A stretch of DNA of 64,000 bases from the human T2T-CHM13v2.0 reference genome, Homo sapiens. Positions 12,618 to 26,789 of the stretch are shown here, one piece after another. A model generated the notes under the pieces. That model worked only from the letters and a program-made list of their open reading frames with translations. It did not search any database and was not told the DNA's origin. How positions within the stretch are numbered: position 1 is the stretch's first letter; the number at the start of each line of letters is the position of its first letter. The DNA lies in NCBI RefSeq assembly GCF_009914755.1, contig NC_060936.1. One strand, 5' to 3'. Position numbers and translations under genes: made by a program.

Positions 12618-13563
12618 CTACCAAAAACCCAGCATAATGAATGAAAGCAGACCCATAATAAGTCGTCTCATTATAAAATGTCATAATATCAGGCCAAAAG
12701 AGATGAAAGAATAGGTCATATACAAAGGATCAAGAGTAAGAATAGATTTGGATTTTTTAACAACAGTGGAAACTAGAAGTTAATGTAAAACAATGTTTTT
12801 ATAATTTGAGAGAAAACTATTTCTGCCTTAGAATTTATATACACAAAGTCCTAAGTGTGAAGATAGGCTAAAGGCATTTTCAGACATGCTAGTCCTCAAA
12901 CATTTACTTTTTATAGTTACTGCTGGAGCAGTAGCACGATGAAGGAGTATGTCAAGGAAGAGGATGACATGTCCCACCAACAGTGGCTCCGACTCAAGAA
13001 AGAAGGGACGGGAATCGCAGGATGTAGGTGACGGGGATTCCAGGGTGCCAACCGTGCAGCGGCCTCAGAGAGCAACCTGAGCAGATCGAAGCAAGTCTCC
13101 AGAAAACATAGCTCCAAAAAGATGAAATTGATATATTTGAACATATGGGAAGAACATCCACACTTCTGAAGAGGACTGGGGTCAAATTGCTGATAACTGC
13201 TTACATAGCTAAGCAAATTTTTAAAAAAGAATATTAACTTTAGGGAACATCGAAAGATCTTAAATAAAAAGTAACCATGATTTATCACATGGCTTGGTTG
13301 CAAGTAGTCACTTTTTCATAATAATGAAAACACTGAATACTGATCTAACCATAAAAATACTTTGACTCTATGGGGAGATGGGGGACTGGAAGTGTACATG
13401 TGTGTACAGATGTGACTAGGAAGGGGTGTGGGGAGTGCTGAATCCACGCATTCCTTAAAGAAGTCAGGATCATGTCCAAAACTTGGAAAATAATAGAGAG
13501 GAAGCAATACAAGAAAATTATTTAGAATTATAGCCATAATTTTTTTAAAGCGAAAAGACTCGA

Positions 13564-13950
<387 letters not shown>

Positions 13951-14037
13951 CTATGCACCTATATAAATTTGATTTAAAAGTTTAAAACTTTTTTCAAAAC
14001 ATGGAATGATGATATAAAATGAAGACAGAAAGTATAC

Positions 14038-14210
14038 AGCAACACTGTCCAAAAGAAGTTTCTTCAATGATGGAAATTACATCCAATATGATAGCCCCTT
14101 GAAATGTGACTAGTGTGAGTGGGGAATTAAATTTAGAGGTTTATTAAATTTAAATCAATTTACATTTAAATAGCCACGTATGGCTAGTGGCTGTTATATT
14201 AGACAGTGCA
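14038..14210. mobile_element. MER3 (hAT-Charlie)
   Basis: ctgtccaaaagaagtttc...atagccacgtatggctagtggc. Confidence 0.7.
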
Positions 14211-14319
14211 TCTATATACAATGGCCTGCTCCTATCTAGAATCAACTTTCCTTTTATAATTGAGCCTTCTTTCTTCTTCTAGTTTTTGTTTGTTTGTTTG
14301 TTTGTTTCTAAGCATTATT

Positions 14320-15148
14320 TATTTATTTATTTATTTTACTTTCTCAATTTTTATTTTAGGCTCTGTGGTAGTTGTGTAGGTTTGTTACACAGGTAAATTG
14401 CATGTCACTGGGATTTGGTGTACAAATGATTTTGTCACCCAGGTAGTTAGCACAGTACATGACAGGTTGGTTTTTTACCTTCACCCTCTTCCCATCCTCC
14501 CCACTCAGTTAGGTCCCAGCGTCTATTGTTCTTTTCTTTGTGTCCATGTGTACATAATGTTTTGCTCCCACTTATAAGTAAGAACGTGTGGTATTTGGTT
14601 TTCTGTTCCTGCATTAATTTGCTTAGGATAGTGACCTCCAGCTGCATCCCTGTTGCTGCAAAAGACATGATCTCATTCTTTTTTATGGCTGCATAGTATT
14701 CCATGGTGTATATGTATGACATTTTCTTTGTACAGTCCATCATTGATGGGCACCTAGGTTGATTCCATGTCTTTGCTATTGTGAATAGTGCTGCAGTGAA
14801 CATATGGGTGCATATGTCTTTTCGGTAGAAAAATTTATATTCCTTTTGGATATATACCCAACAATGGGACTGCTGGATCGAATGGTAGTTCTGAGTTCTT
14901 TGAGAAACCTCCAATCTGTTTTCTACAGTGGCTGAACTAATTTACATTCCTACCAGCAGCATATAGGCATTACCTTTTCTCTGCAATCACACCGGCATCT
15001 GTTATTTTTTGATTTTTTAATAGTAGCCATTCTGACTGGTGTGAAATGGTACGTCATTGTGGTTTTGATTTCATTTCTCTAATGATCAGTGATGTTGAGC
15101 ATTTTTCGTGCACTTATTGGCTATGTGTATGCTTTCTTTTGAGACATG
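14320..15148 (-). mobile_element. L1PA (PA13-15-like) 3' end
   Basis: ORF 14447-14914 is L1 ORF2 C-terminus (FTAALFTIAKTWNQPRCPS); degenerate TSD aa(t/c)tga(g/c)ccttctttct. Confidence 0.9.
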
Positions 15149-15349
15149 CAACTGACCCTTCTTTCTCTCCTGTGTAATCTTTTTGTCTGTTCTATGAATC
15201 CTTCCTACCAGCATGCTAAAATGTTATTTACCTTTTTTTTTAAAGTGCTGTTGCTTTGACCCCCATCCCTCTGTGACTATCCACCCCATTTTCTGTTCCT
15301 TTATAGCAAAACTCCTCAAAAGACTTCTGTATACCTCAGCTGTCCTACA

Positions 15350-15535
15350 CAGCAGCCACTAGCCACATATGGCTATATGCATTTAAATTAATTGAAATTA
15401 AATAAAATGTAAAATTCAGTTCCTCAATTTCACTGGCCATGTTCCAATCACTCAATAGTTATGTGTGGCTCTCGGCTTTGCCTTGAGGAGAGACAGGTAC
15501 AGAATATTTCTATCATCTCAGGAAGTTCTATTGGG
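15350..15535. mobile_element. MER3 within L2 fragments
   Basis: cagccactagccacatatggcta...ggaagttctattgg. Confidence 0.65.
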
Positions 15536-18450
15536 CTTTGATAGAACTTTAAGCACTGATAGGAACAGGAGGGAGGGCCAAGTAAATGGGTACCTTGCTG
15601 GCAGTTTGGTAGATTTGGTGCTGGAAGGATAATAAAATTATCTCCTAGTTATTCTTTTTTTCTCAGTGGAATAAAAAATAAGTTCATCAGCTGAGAGTAA
15701 GGAAAGAGAAGGGACGCTCTAAGTAGGAGAATGAGAAGGTAGAAAACCTTTCCAGAGAGCAGGAGAGTGAATTGATAAAGGAAATAAAGAGTAAATATTC
15801 CTCCTCCTCCTTAACCTGAGTATGAAATTAAGGACAATAGGAATCATTATGTTTTCTTTTCATATTATTGCTGCTGTTCTCAGTGTTGTTATTAAAGAGG
15901 TCATCCTTAACACTGGGCATTCTAGATGGAGATGGAGGCATGAGCCAATTTTTCAGCTACTCCTTTTCCCCTGTAATTACTTTGAAATCAGGGATTACTG
16001 AGAAATCTCACTGTCGTGCTGTGACCACAACGTACACAGCAGGAAGGAAGGGGAGGTTCCTTCCTGGAGATGTTTTGCAGTGATAAGATACGGGCACTTC
16101 CTCAGTCAAGGGTCTTTTGATTTTAAGAAAGAGAAACCAACCCAAACAAACTTAAACAAGAAAAGGAGATGGACTGTAATGATACATGGGTGCCTCCTGG
16201 AACTTATAGGAGTACAGCTGGTCCTTATAGGAGCTTGACCCTGGGGGAGCCAGGAGACTAGAAAGCTCTCAGGAACAGGCAGAATCATGTTTCAAATCTC
16301 TGTGTCCCTCTCCCTCTTCCCTGCCCCACTGCCTGCACCTTGCCCCCATAAATATGGTTTCTCATGTCTTCTCCACAAGAAGTATTCTTTTCTCTTCTCT
16401 ACAGAAAAGACCAGTTTTCTCTACAGCATTCTCAGCACACTTGATAGGTAAAAGATGGCCACTCCCATAAAGTCCTCCGTTCTTATTACCTCAGAACAAG
16501 CAAACTTCTCAAAGAAACAAGAACATCTCAGTCTCAGTTACAAAGTTCTGAGAGAATCTGATTAGTCAAACTTAGGACAACTGCCCAATGTGGGTTCAAA
16601 CAACTCTGCTCGGGGACACGGCCACAGGTACAAACTTGACTTCCAGGGCCCATTCCCCCAGGGTGTAGGGCAGTTCTCAGAGCTCATTGGCTCCACCCTC
16701 TGGGAAGTCCTTTCTGTTCTATTATCTGCCTTGGTCATACTTGAAGTATTGAGCTACACAGCTTTCCACGTCCTGCCCTGAATTAGGGTGGTGCCTCAGG
16801 CTTTTTAGACCAGGCTTACAGTTTCTTTGTACTACTGAACGACTACCTCAAAAACCAGGAGGCCCATCTATCTGCTTCCAGACATTTCCATGAGCAAATA
16901 ACCATATTTAGAATTGTGTTTGAGGGACTTCTTTTATTTCTGCTTCATTCTTGTGCTTTCTTGTCCTCAAAACATCCTCCCTCTGCCTCTCCCCCGCACC
17001 TTCGTGGCCAGGACCTCGATTTAAGTAATTTTAATCCTCTAAAGTTTTAACAAGTTGTAAAAGTTGATCTAACCTTTGCCCTGAGGCATTTAATCAACTG
17101 ATACACACACAAGTATGTATGTATGTATCTATGTGTGTGTGTGTGTATACATATACATATATATATTTTTTTTTTCTTTTTTCCTAGCACTTTTTACTCA
17201 AAGCCTTTAAACTCTTCAGATTCTGAATCTAAAAGCAGTTGGTTTTTTCAAATTTATAAGACTCCAAATTTTTGGATTATCTTTATTCCCTTTTATTATT
17301 CATTATAAACTGGTCATTTCTTTCTGGAGTTGCTTCTCTCTCTCTCTCTCTTCCCTCCCAGTACTTTGCCAAACACAACCAGAAGCAACCACATATATAA
17401 TAGCAGCAGTACAATAGGTGAATGGTCTTGCAAGGTAATCACAAGCAAAACCTTTACCAAATGTGTTGCCTTCTTCCCAGCATCTGATATCAGTTTCCTC
17501 TCTGTCATCAGCTGACTGCTAAGCCAGTATTTTAATTTTTTTTCAACAGCTTACCACTACTGGCCTCAGCATTTTTTTTTTTTCCAGTCAGGATAAGTTT
17601 TTTCACATTGCAGTAGCAACTTTCGCCTGGAATCTCAGTGGCCTTAATACAATAAAGCTGTGGGTCTGATGTGAGTCAGGTGAGTTCCCTGGGCAACTGC
17701 CCTGTGTGATGAAGTGGCTCAGTTATTGAAAAGATTTCTGTCGCTGGTTCTGTCATCTCAAGTCATGGGCTCCGAAATTGACCAACAAAGGAAAAGATCA
17801 CAGGGAAAATTCACACCTGCTTTTCTAAGCTTTGATCCTGAAGTGAGACATATCACTGCTACTCAAAGTCCATTGACCAGGATTGGTTTTACCACTCCAC
17901 CTAACTAGACAGGACCGGAAGTTATCTCTTCCATCGTCCTCAGCATGTTGAGAGAGCAGAGCTGTAAGATCAAAACAGCCTGGACAGTGGGGCCCCTAAA
18001 GTGAGGACCCCTGTCCTGGAGAGTGGCCCAATTGCACAGGAATTTACATGAGTGAGAAACAAAATTTTGTTGAAATAATACCCTGGGATTTGAAAATTTA
18101 ATTATTCTTGCAACAGTCCATCCTATCCTGATTAATATGGGAACCCGAAAGATAGGAGTGAATGAAACAATATAGTTTCTTTTCCCTGAAGCAATTGTAA
18201 TTCCAATCAAAATATCAAGAGGATTTTTTTGGAGACTGACAAAATGTTGTAAAGGTCTTGTAGAATAATAGAGGAGTGAGAATAGCCAATACAACTGTAA
18301 ATGAAATAATGAAGAAATAGTTTTATCCAATATTAAGATATTTTATAGGTAGAGAAATTATAAGAAATAAGAAAGCTGTTAATGGAGAATAAAGACCCCA
18401 GAAACAGACCCAAATACCTTTAAGAACTTAAAGTATTAATATTAATATAA

Positions 18451-18754
18451 GGCCATGTGCAGTGGCTCAGGCCTGTAATCCCAGCACTTTGGGAGGCTGA
18501 GGTGGGTGTATCACTTAAGCTCAGGAGTTCGAGACCAGCCTGAGCAACATTGCAAAACCCTGTCTCTACAAAAAATATAAAAATTACCTGGGTGTGCTGG
18601 TGCATGCCCGTAGTCACAGCTGCTTGGGAGGCTGAGGTGGGAGGATTACTTGAGCCCTGGAGGTCAAGTCTGCAGTAAGCCATGATTGTGCCACTGCACT
18701 CCAGCCTGGGTGACAGAGTAAGACTTTGTCTCAAAAAAATAAAATAAAATAAAA
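18451..18754 (+). mobile_element. AluJ
   Basis: Full-length with (AAAAT)n tail. Confidence 0.9.
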
Positions 18755-19314
18755 TATAAATAAGGTGGTATTTTAAAGTTAATGGGAGAATATGAATAAT
18801 TCAGAAATGTTGTGATGAACATGCCATTGGGGGAAAAAGTGCAGAAGTATCTTATGCCCAAATAAATTCTATGTGGATCAATAACTTGAATGTAAAATAT
18901 GAAACCATAACAATACTGGAAAAATCATTGATCTTTTTCTCATAATTTTTAACTGGGGAAAAGTGACAGACATAAAAGATAAGATTGATAAATTTACTTA
19001 TATAAAAGTTAAAACTTTTTCAAGACTAGAATACCGTAAAGTCAAGAGATAAACCACAGGATAGAAAAAAAAGTCTGCAATTTATATAACAGGAAGAGGG
19101 TTAATTTCTTTTATATACAAAGCAATTAAAAAATCAGCAACAGAAAACTGAACAATTCAATAGAAAAATAAGTTTGCAACAAAAACAAAGCAAACAGCCA
19201 ATAAACACATAACATTTTTAGCTATCTAAAAAAATCAAGGAATGTAAGTTAAAACAAGATACTGTTTTTCACTTTGTATATTTTGCAAAAATACTGGAGC
19301 TTGCACCCACCCCA

Positions 19315-19530
19315 CCCAACCCCATTCTATGGTTTTACTTTCTGAGGTTTCAGTTACCTCTGGTCAGCCACAGTCTGGAATTTTCCATTTTGTATTTTCA
19401 GACTGCAGGTGACCAGGGTAACTAAAACTTCAGAAAACAAAGTATTAAATGGAAAATTCCAGAAACAAACAACTTATACATTTTAAATTGTGCAGCATGG
19501 TATAATCCCATGGATAAAGGAGAACTACTG
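19315..19530. mobile_element. MER44 (Tigger7-type) with internal fold-back
   Basis: ggtttcagttacc...tattaaatggaaaattccagaaa...ggataaggagaactactg-ta. Confidence 0.75.
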
Positions 19531-20462
19531 TAAAATGTTGATCTTACTCAAGAGTGTGGGAAACAGGACCACTCATGTATTATTAATGAAATGTAAATTG
19601 CTACAACTTTTTGGAAAGCAATTTGGCAATAACTATTAAAATTTAACAAGCACATTCTCTTAAACTCAGCAATTCTCCTTTCAGGAATTTTTCCCAAGGA
19701 AACGCTTTCACCAGGCGGCAAATATATACTGTATAGGAGTAGCATGATACTATTATTTGTAATAGTAAAAAAAAAAAAAAAAAATTTAAATGCCCATCAA
19801 GAGAGGATTAAATAAACTATAGTGGCTCTGTAAAATGGGATATTACATAGCTGTTCCAAAGAACCAATGCATTTCTATGTCTTGATATGAAAAGTATCCA
19901 AACTAAACTGTTTTAAGTAGGAAAAAAAGGTAGAATACAATATCATTATAAGTGAAAATTCCTAGAATCACGTTTATACATATATTTATATACATGTATG
20001 TATATACATACAAATATCTGAGAAAAAAGAAATAATAGCTATGATTATCTTCAGCTATAATTACATTAAATATGGATTTGTAAGTAAGGAGGTAGGCGTT
20101 TACATTTCATACCCATTTGTAAGTTTTACAGCTTATGAATGTGTTGCTTTATGGTTAAAAACAAGATTTTAAACTATTAATCCTTTCATGCAAATATTAA
20201 TTCTCCATTTCTACCATTCAATCTATATCTCAAAAAATTTGCATATACAAAAAAAACGGACCAAAGTTGTGGATGTTCAGAACATGTTATAAATGAGTAA
20301 ACGAAGTCACCAATCATCATGAGAGGGGAGCACAATCTTTAGAAAGTCAAGCCCTGTTTCCACAGCAAGGAAAAATTCCCCAGGTTTAAGTGGTAATGGT
20401 TCTCTATCAACATTCCAAAAAGAAATTCAGTAATAATAGTAGTAGTAGCTGACATTTACTGA

Positions 20463-20836
<374 letters not shown>

Positions 20837-21002
20837 TAGCAGGGGCACCAGGGCCAGTCCCATTCTACCAACGAGGAAACTAAGGATCAGAGAGTGAAAT
20901 TAAGAAATCACACAAGAGACTCAGGGCTTGAGTTTCAAAGCACTTGTAATATGCTTCACTGCTGACTCCACCCCTTACTATGTGTCCTCAGTAAAGTGGC
21001 TC

Positions 21003-21600
21003 TGCCAGAGGCGTTTGAACCAGAGGACTCCATCTTGAATAGGGACTGGGTAAAATAAGGCTGAGACCTGCTGGGCTGCATTACCAAGAGGTTAAGGCAT
21101 TCTAAGCCACAGGAAGAGATAGGAGGTCGGCACAAGATACACAAGGTCGTAAAGACCTTGCTGATAAAACAGGTTGCAGTAAAGAAGCCAGACAAAACCC
21201 ACCCAAACCAAGATGACAATGAGAGTGACCTGTGGTCATCCACACTGCTACACTGCCACCAGCGCCATGACAGTTTACAAATGCCATGGCAAAGTCAGGA
21301 AGTTACCCTATAGCATCTAAAAAGGGAGCAACCCTCTGTTCCTAGAACTGCCTACTTCTTTCCTGGAAAACTCATGAATAATCCACCCTTTGTTTAGCAT
21401 ATAATCAAGAAATAACCATAAAATCAGGCAACCAGCATCCCTCAGGGTTGCTCTGCCTATGGAGTAGCCATTCTTTTACTCCTTTACTTTCCTAATAAAC
21501 TTGCTTTCACTTTGCTCTGTGGACACGCCTGGAATTCTTCCTTGCATGAGATCCAACAACTCTCTCTTGGGTTCTGGACCGAGATGCCTTTCCAGTAACA
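21003..21600 (+). mobile_element. MER41 solo LTR (ERV1)
   Basis: tgccagaggcgtttgaaccagag...cttgctgataaaacagg...aataaacttgctttcac...tttccagtaaca. Confidence 0.95.
21339..21368. promoter_or_regulatory. Tandem GAS (STAT) motifs in MER41
   Basis: TTCCTAGAA 21339-21347 and TTCCTGGAA 21360-21368, both matching TTCNNNGAA; activity untested. Confidence 0.6.
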
Positions 21601-21789
21601 TCTTCACATTCCCCTTCAATAAAATGTGCATAGTAATAAAGCCTACTTGGGGTTGTAGCAGGGATTAACTGAGAAAACACAGGTGATATGCTTAACTCAG
21701 TGCCTGTTACATGTAACAGGTAAGTCCTCAGTAAACGTTAGACACTGTTCTTATTTTTGTTGTTGTAACAAGGCTGTTCATGATATGGT

Positions 21790-22225
21790 CTCTACTGAGC
21801 TGTCCACATTGTTTCCATGCCACCTCCTGGTCACCTTCCACTTCCCCTGCAGCTGCCCACCCTCTGTGCCTCTGTTTCTCCCTTCCCTAGAGCGTTCCTT
21901 CCCACTTCCCACCCCTTCTTCACCCACTGCTTCTACTTACCCTTAAGACTTGCTTGAAGTATCACTTCTTCCAGGAAGCTTTCCTTGACTTCATGTGAGT
22001 TAGGTGCTCCTTCTGTGAGCTGCAATAGGAGCCTGTGCTTCCCTCTCCTATTGTATTTATCAAACGGCAACACTGTAATTTTCTACCCTCTTAGTCTGCC
22101 ACCACCCACCAGTCTGTGAGTTCTTGAAATGACAAAAACTGTGATTTCTTTATCTGGGTTCCTCCAGTATTTAGCCCATAACCTGACAATTAATATTTGC
22201 TAAATGATTTAAGCGGTGAGTGAAA
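21790..22225 (+). mobile_element. L2 3' end
   Basis: tcacttcttccaggaagctttcc...aatatttgctaaatga. Confidence 0.7.
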
Positions 22226-22319
22226 GAAGATTAGGTAACTCCCATGGCTACTTGTCCTGGGACCTCTGCTGACTACTCCCAGGAGGTTATTCCTTTCTGA
22301 AAGTGGGATGTAAGTCAGG

Positions 22320-24700
22320 CAAACAGAATTATTCATTAAATTATTATTGCTATTTGCTTATATTATTGTTCTAGGTGCTGAGACCACCATAGTGTCAAAA
22401 AACAAAATTACAACAAATTTAGTATAAAGATCTAATTGGCTTTTATTAATAATTCTAGAATCAGGCAACATCTCATCCTATAAAATAAAATGGGTTTTCC
22501 GATGAGCTGAGAAGACGAGCCTGGCTTTATAGGCAGAAAAGGGCTGAAGAAAACAGAAACAGAGAACAAAAAGCAGATGCTTTGTTTCAAGGTTAGTACC
22601 CTGATAGTGTTAAAGCAGAAGGGACTTCCTGGTCATACCATCTTAAGGTAAGCTGCTCCCCTTTTGATTAGTTGCTGTGAATCTCATTCGCTCTCTATTT
22701 TTTTTTTTTATTAGAAAGCTGGCCTATTTCAGAGTTCAGTTTGATTATGTGGCATTTAACATGAATGACTCCATTCTGGTCTGCTGGGCCTAGTTCAGGA
22801 GCCCAGTCCAAAACAATAGTCTCCCATAAATTTCATTTAACAATAGTAAACAAGATAAAGTATTCTGCCTCCCCGGTGGTTACAGTCTAGAAATGGATGG
22901 GAAGATAATCAAAATAGCATTAAGTTCTAGAACAAAAGTAGAACAAAATTAAGAGTAGGGAGTGATGAGGGCAAGGAGCTAATTTAGACTGGGTGGTCAG
23001 GAAAGGCCTCTGAGGACGTGACCTTTAGGCTGAGAACTTAATAATGAGAAAGATAAAATCTTGTAAAAATCAGGAGCAGAGAAACTTGAAAGACACTGGG
23101 TGGGCATGAGCCTGCGTTTTCGCAGGCAGAGGGTCAGTGTGCCCAGGGCCCAATTTCACCAAATGAGGTCAGAAGGGGTCATGACCAGCTCCGGTAAGTC
23201 CTCTTAGGCCATGATAAGCTGTCTTGATTTAGTTCTGCCCACAACAGGAAGCCACAAAAGGGTTTTTACAAAAGGGAGTGAGATGATCTGACTTAATATT
23301 TGTGGATTACTCTGGTCTCTGTGCAGAATAGAAATTGTACCAGGTTCTCACAGTATTTCCGTGAGATGATTGCAGCTTAGAGCTAGAGATAAAGAAAAGA
23401 GGATGAATTGAGGCTGTCTTGGGGAAGATGACAGCACTCACTGATGGAGTATATGAAGGGAGTAGCACGGGACAAGAGGAATCAAGAGTGATTCCTGTGT
23501 GAGACTGGAGCCACAGTGTAGTAGATGGTGGTGTCATTTCCTAAGTTGATAAAGAGACTAGAGGAGAAGTGAGCTTGAGGGACAGAGGTGGAAGGAACCC
23601 AAAGTTCTGTTTAGGGCATATGAGGTGGAGATGCTATTAGACTTTTAAGCAGAGTATAGAGGCAACCCGCTGCCTCTACAAGCCTGAAGCTTAGTGGACA
23701 GATCAGGAGTGGAACTGTAAACCTGCCAATCATCAGCAAGGAATGACTTTAAACAGGGAGTTGAACAGATAAGCTGGGCCACGTAAATATTGAAAGAGGA
23801 TGGGGAGAGGAAAAGAAAGAGAAGTGGAGGGGAGGGAAGGGGAAAAGAATAAGGTCCCAAATCAATCTTGGCCGTCCTCAAAGAGAGGAGATGGAGGAAC
23901 AGCAAGTGATTGGGGAAGGAAATCCACCTAGGAGAGGGTGTGCTATAGAAGCTGGAGGAGAAAGTGAGAGGTTGAAGAAAGTGCTAAAGGATAGGGTCAG
24001 AAAAGCAACAAGTGACCAGATTTGGCAAAATAAGTCATTAATCACATTGATTAGAACCGTTTTGGGGAGTGATGGGTTCAACAGCTCAATGACAGTGAAT
24101 TGAGAGAACGAGAACTGAGAAAGTGGAGACAGTGCCTCTAAACAGCACTTTAAAGACATGTTGTATGGAAAAAAACAAGATTGTAACAGGAGGGAGAAGG
24201 TCAGGGAAGAGTTTTTTTTGGCTTTGGTTGACTTGGTTTTTAAGATGCAAGATTCCGGCACCTTTGTATGCCTTTGGAGTTAGAGAGAGAGGGGCTGGAT
24301 GCAGAGCCAGCCTGAAAAGGTCCTGAGAAGGTGAGGGGGGCTGGGGTCCAGGAGCTAGCAGATGGTAAGGTTGGCCTGAGAGAGCAGCCAACTCCCCCAC
24401 TGAGGCCTAGGAAAGAGCACGTGGGCAGAGACAGCTGCAGGGTACAGTTGATGAAGGGAAGGTCTAGTCTGCAGCTTCTTTGTGAAGCTTCTTTGTGAAG
24501 TTTGAGAGGAAGACATCAGCTAGACTATGAGGGAGGGGGAGCAGGTGTTGGAGCTTTGAAGGGAGAGCAGCTATAAAATGCTTCCTTGTAGGATGGGCCA
24601 GGGAATAACCCCGGGAAGTGCAGGCGGGGCTCCAGGCCCTGGGAGAACCCATCAATATTTGTGACCCTGAATTAAAGGAAGACTAGTTAAGTAGGTGGAT
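22320..24700 (-). mobile_element. Long L2, interrupted by an LTR
   Basis: gtggtcaggaaaggcctctgagg, gagatgctattagac and other L2 motifs. Confidence 0.65.
22393..22842 (-). mobile_element. ERV1 MER4-group solo LTR (LTR54-like)
   Basis: TG...CA termini with 4-bp TSD atag; sense start tgttaaatgaaatttatgggagactattgttttggactgggctcctg. Confidence 0.75.
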
Positions 24701-24769
24701 GATACCGTGTTGACCAAGATGGCTTGGGAATGTACAATCCTGGCATCTGAGGAAACAGACCTGGCAAGA

Positions 24770-25645
24770 GGCAGTAATGTGAAGTAGCCATCTCTCTGAG
24801 CATGCTTTCCTCACCACTTCTTCCTTCACAGGATCCGGTTTTGTTCAGGTGTTCACACGAATCATGAGATTCACAGGAATGGGAAGCCGAACTCATTCCC
24901 AGCTCCAGAAGTGGATGCTGATATTTTAAACCAATCACCAGATGCCATTCCTTTGATGATGATGATTAATTTGTCCAGGGGCAGGTATGAGACCCAACTT
25001 GAACTGGTCAGACAGAAGGGAAGGACATAATTCCAAATGGACACCTGTTCTCTCTCCTACCAGCGAGGAAAAGGAAACGAGATGTCCAGCTGTTGGCCCC
25101 AGTCATAAGAGGAAGCTGATGCTGCGGATGAAGAGTGGAGCAATGGAAATAATCTGGGGTCCAGTAACATTGCTAAACTACTGATTCAACTAGCCTTTCT
25201 TTTTTTCTTTTCTTTTTCTTTCTTTTCTTTTTTCTTTCTTTTTTTTTTTTTTTTTAAGAGACAGGGTCTTGCTCTGTCACCTAGGCTGGAGTGCAGTGGT
25301 GAGATTATATCTCACTGCAGCCTCCCACTTCTGGGCTCAAATGATCTTTCCTCCTCAGCTTCCCAAGTAGCTAGGACTATAGGTTCATGCCACCACACTG
25401 GGCTAATTTTTAAATATTTTTGTAGAGACAGGGTCTTGCTATGTTGCCAAGGCTGGTCTAGAACTCTTGGCCTCAAGTGATGCACCTTCCTCTTCCTCCC
25501 AAAGCACTGGGATTACAAAGGCATGAGGCACCATGCCTGACTAACCATGAAGACTGCTTTATCTCTGAATAAATCCCCTTTTTTTAAAACCCAGCTTTTG
25601 TGAGGGTTTCTGTTACTTGCAGCAAAAGGGTCCTGATGGACACAG
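24770..25645 (+). mobile_element. Old MLT1 (J/K-like) LTR, split by AluJ
   Basis: aaccaatcaccagatgccattcc; 3' gtttctgttacttgcagc. Confidence 0.5.
25196..25541 (-). mobile_element. AluJ
   Basis: Full-length with T-rich tail. Confidence 0.9.
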
Positions 25646-25859
25646 TTGTTTTTGCAATGTATGAGAAATCCTCAAAACTGGCTTTTCCCATGCTTGCCTT
25701 CCTCTCCGTTACACGCACTGCCTAAAGCAAAGTGACTGCTTCCTCGGGAGTCAGGTTTTAAGGTCCCTGGGGTAGTTCTGCTTCCACAGTTTAGGTTTAC
25801 CAAGAGGCAGATATGTTTGTCCACGAGCTGGTTTTGCCAGTTGCACTTGTTTTTGTAAT

Positions 25860-26345
25860 TATGTAAAGCAATGAAATATGAGTGAGGGAAAGAATTGCTG
25901 TTGTCCAAAATCCAAACTGAATGCTTTCCATAAACAGTAAAGACAAGTTGCTTAGAAAACAAAGCAAATACAAAACAATCTTAGAGTTTCATGCAGGTGA
26001 GGCAAGTGTAAAATAATTGGAAAATTTTGTTAAATCTAGAATAATTCTGAACTCAGATTGTTCCCCAACTGTCCTTCAGTTCTGGCTCTACTTTAAAGCT
26101 ATTGGGACTGAAAACCACTGACTTTTTAAATGACTACACATGACTCCTATTAGATGTCACATGTCTTAAAAGAGGCCTTATCCCTTCAAAATACTGTCAA
26201 ATGAAAGAATATTTATATGTTTTACTTTAGTAAAATATTAAAAATGTTTTCCATTTTTAATGTTTCTTTGCTCTAACTGACTAACTGCTTTAACTGATTA
26301 CCCAACTAGCTACCAGTCTGGTGGCTTCTGAGTAAATGTACCCCT
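25860..26345 (+). mobile_element. Tigger15-like DNA transposon fossil
   Basis: Decayed pogo-type N-terminal HTH coding region (atgagtgagggaaagaattgctgttg...gcaggtgaggcaagtgtaaaataattgg). Confidence 0.55.
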
Positions 26346-26475
26346 GTTCCTCTTTAGCCCCTTCTCCTACCTGGTCAACCTACTGCCCTCAGTCTCTTTC
26401 CTTTCTCCATCTTGTCAGCATAGAACAGCACAGCATCAATAACAACTGGTTTTTACAAAATTATAATTACAATAG

Positions 26476-26789
<314 letters not shown>

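Larger units (their letters stand above)
18180..19900 (+). mobile_element. Old L1M ORF2 3' region
   Basis: Degenerate ORF2 (ccaatcaaaatatcaagagg, tttggaaagcaatttggcaat). Confidence 0.7.

Noticed and set aside
15868-17312. Extra candidate exons of relict A (15884-16083, 17220-17312)
   Set aside because: Two frames are equally open in the first; the second would need a 49-nt intron. Left out of the model, as were ambiguous blocks near 20210-20383, 35130-35270, 41000-41220 and 42739-42777.
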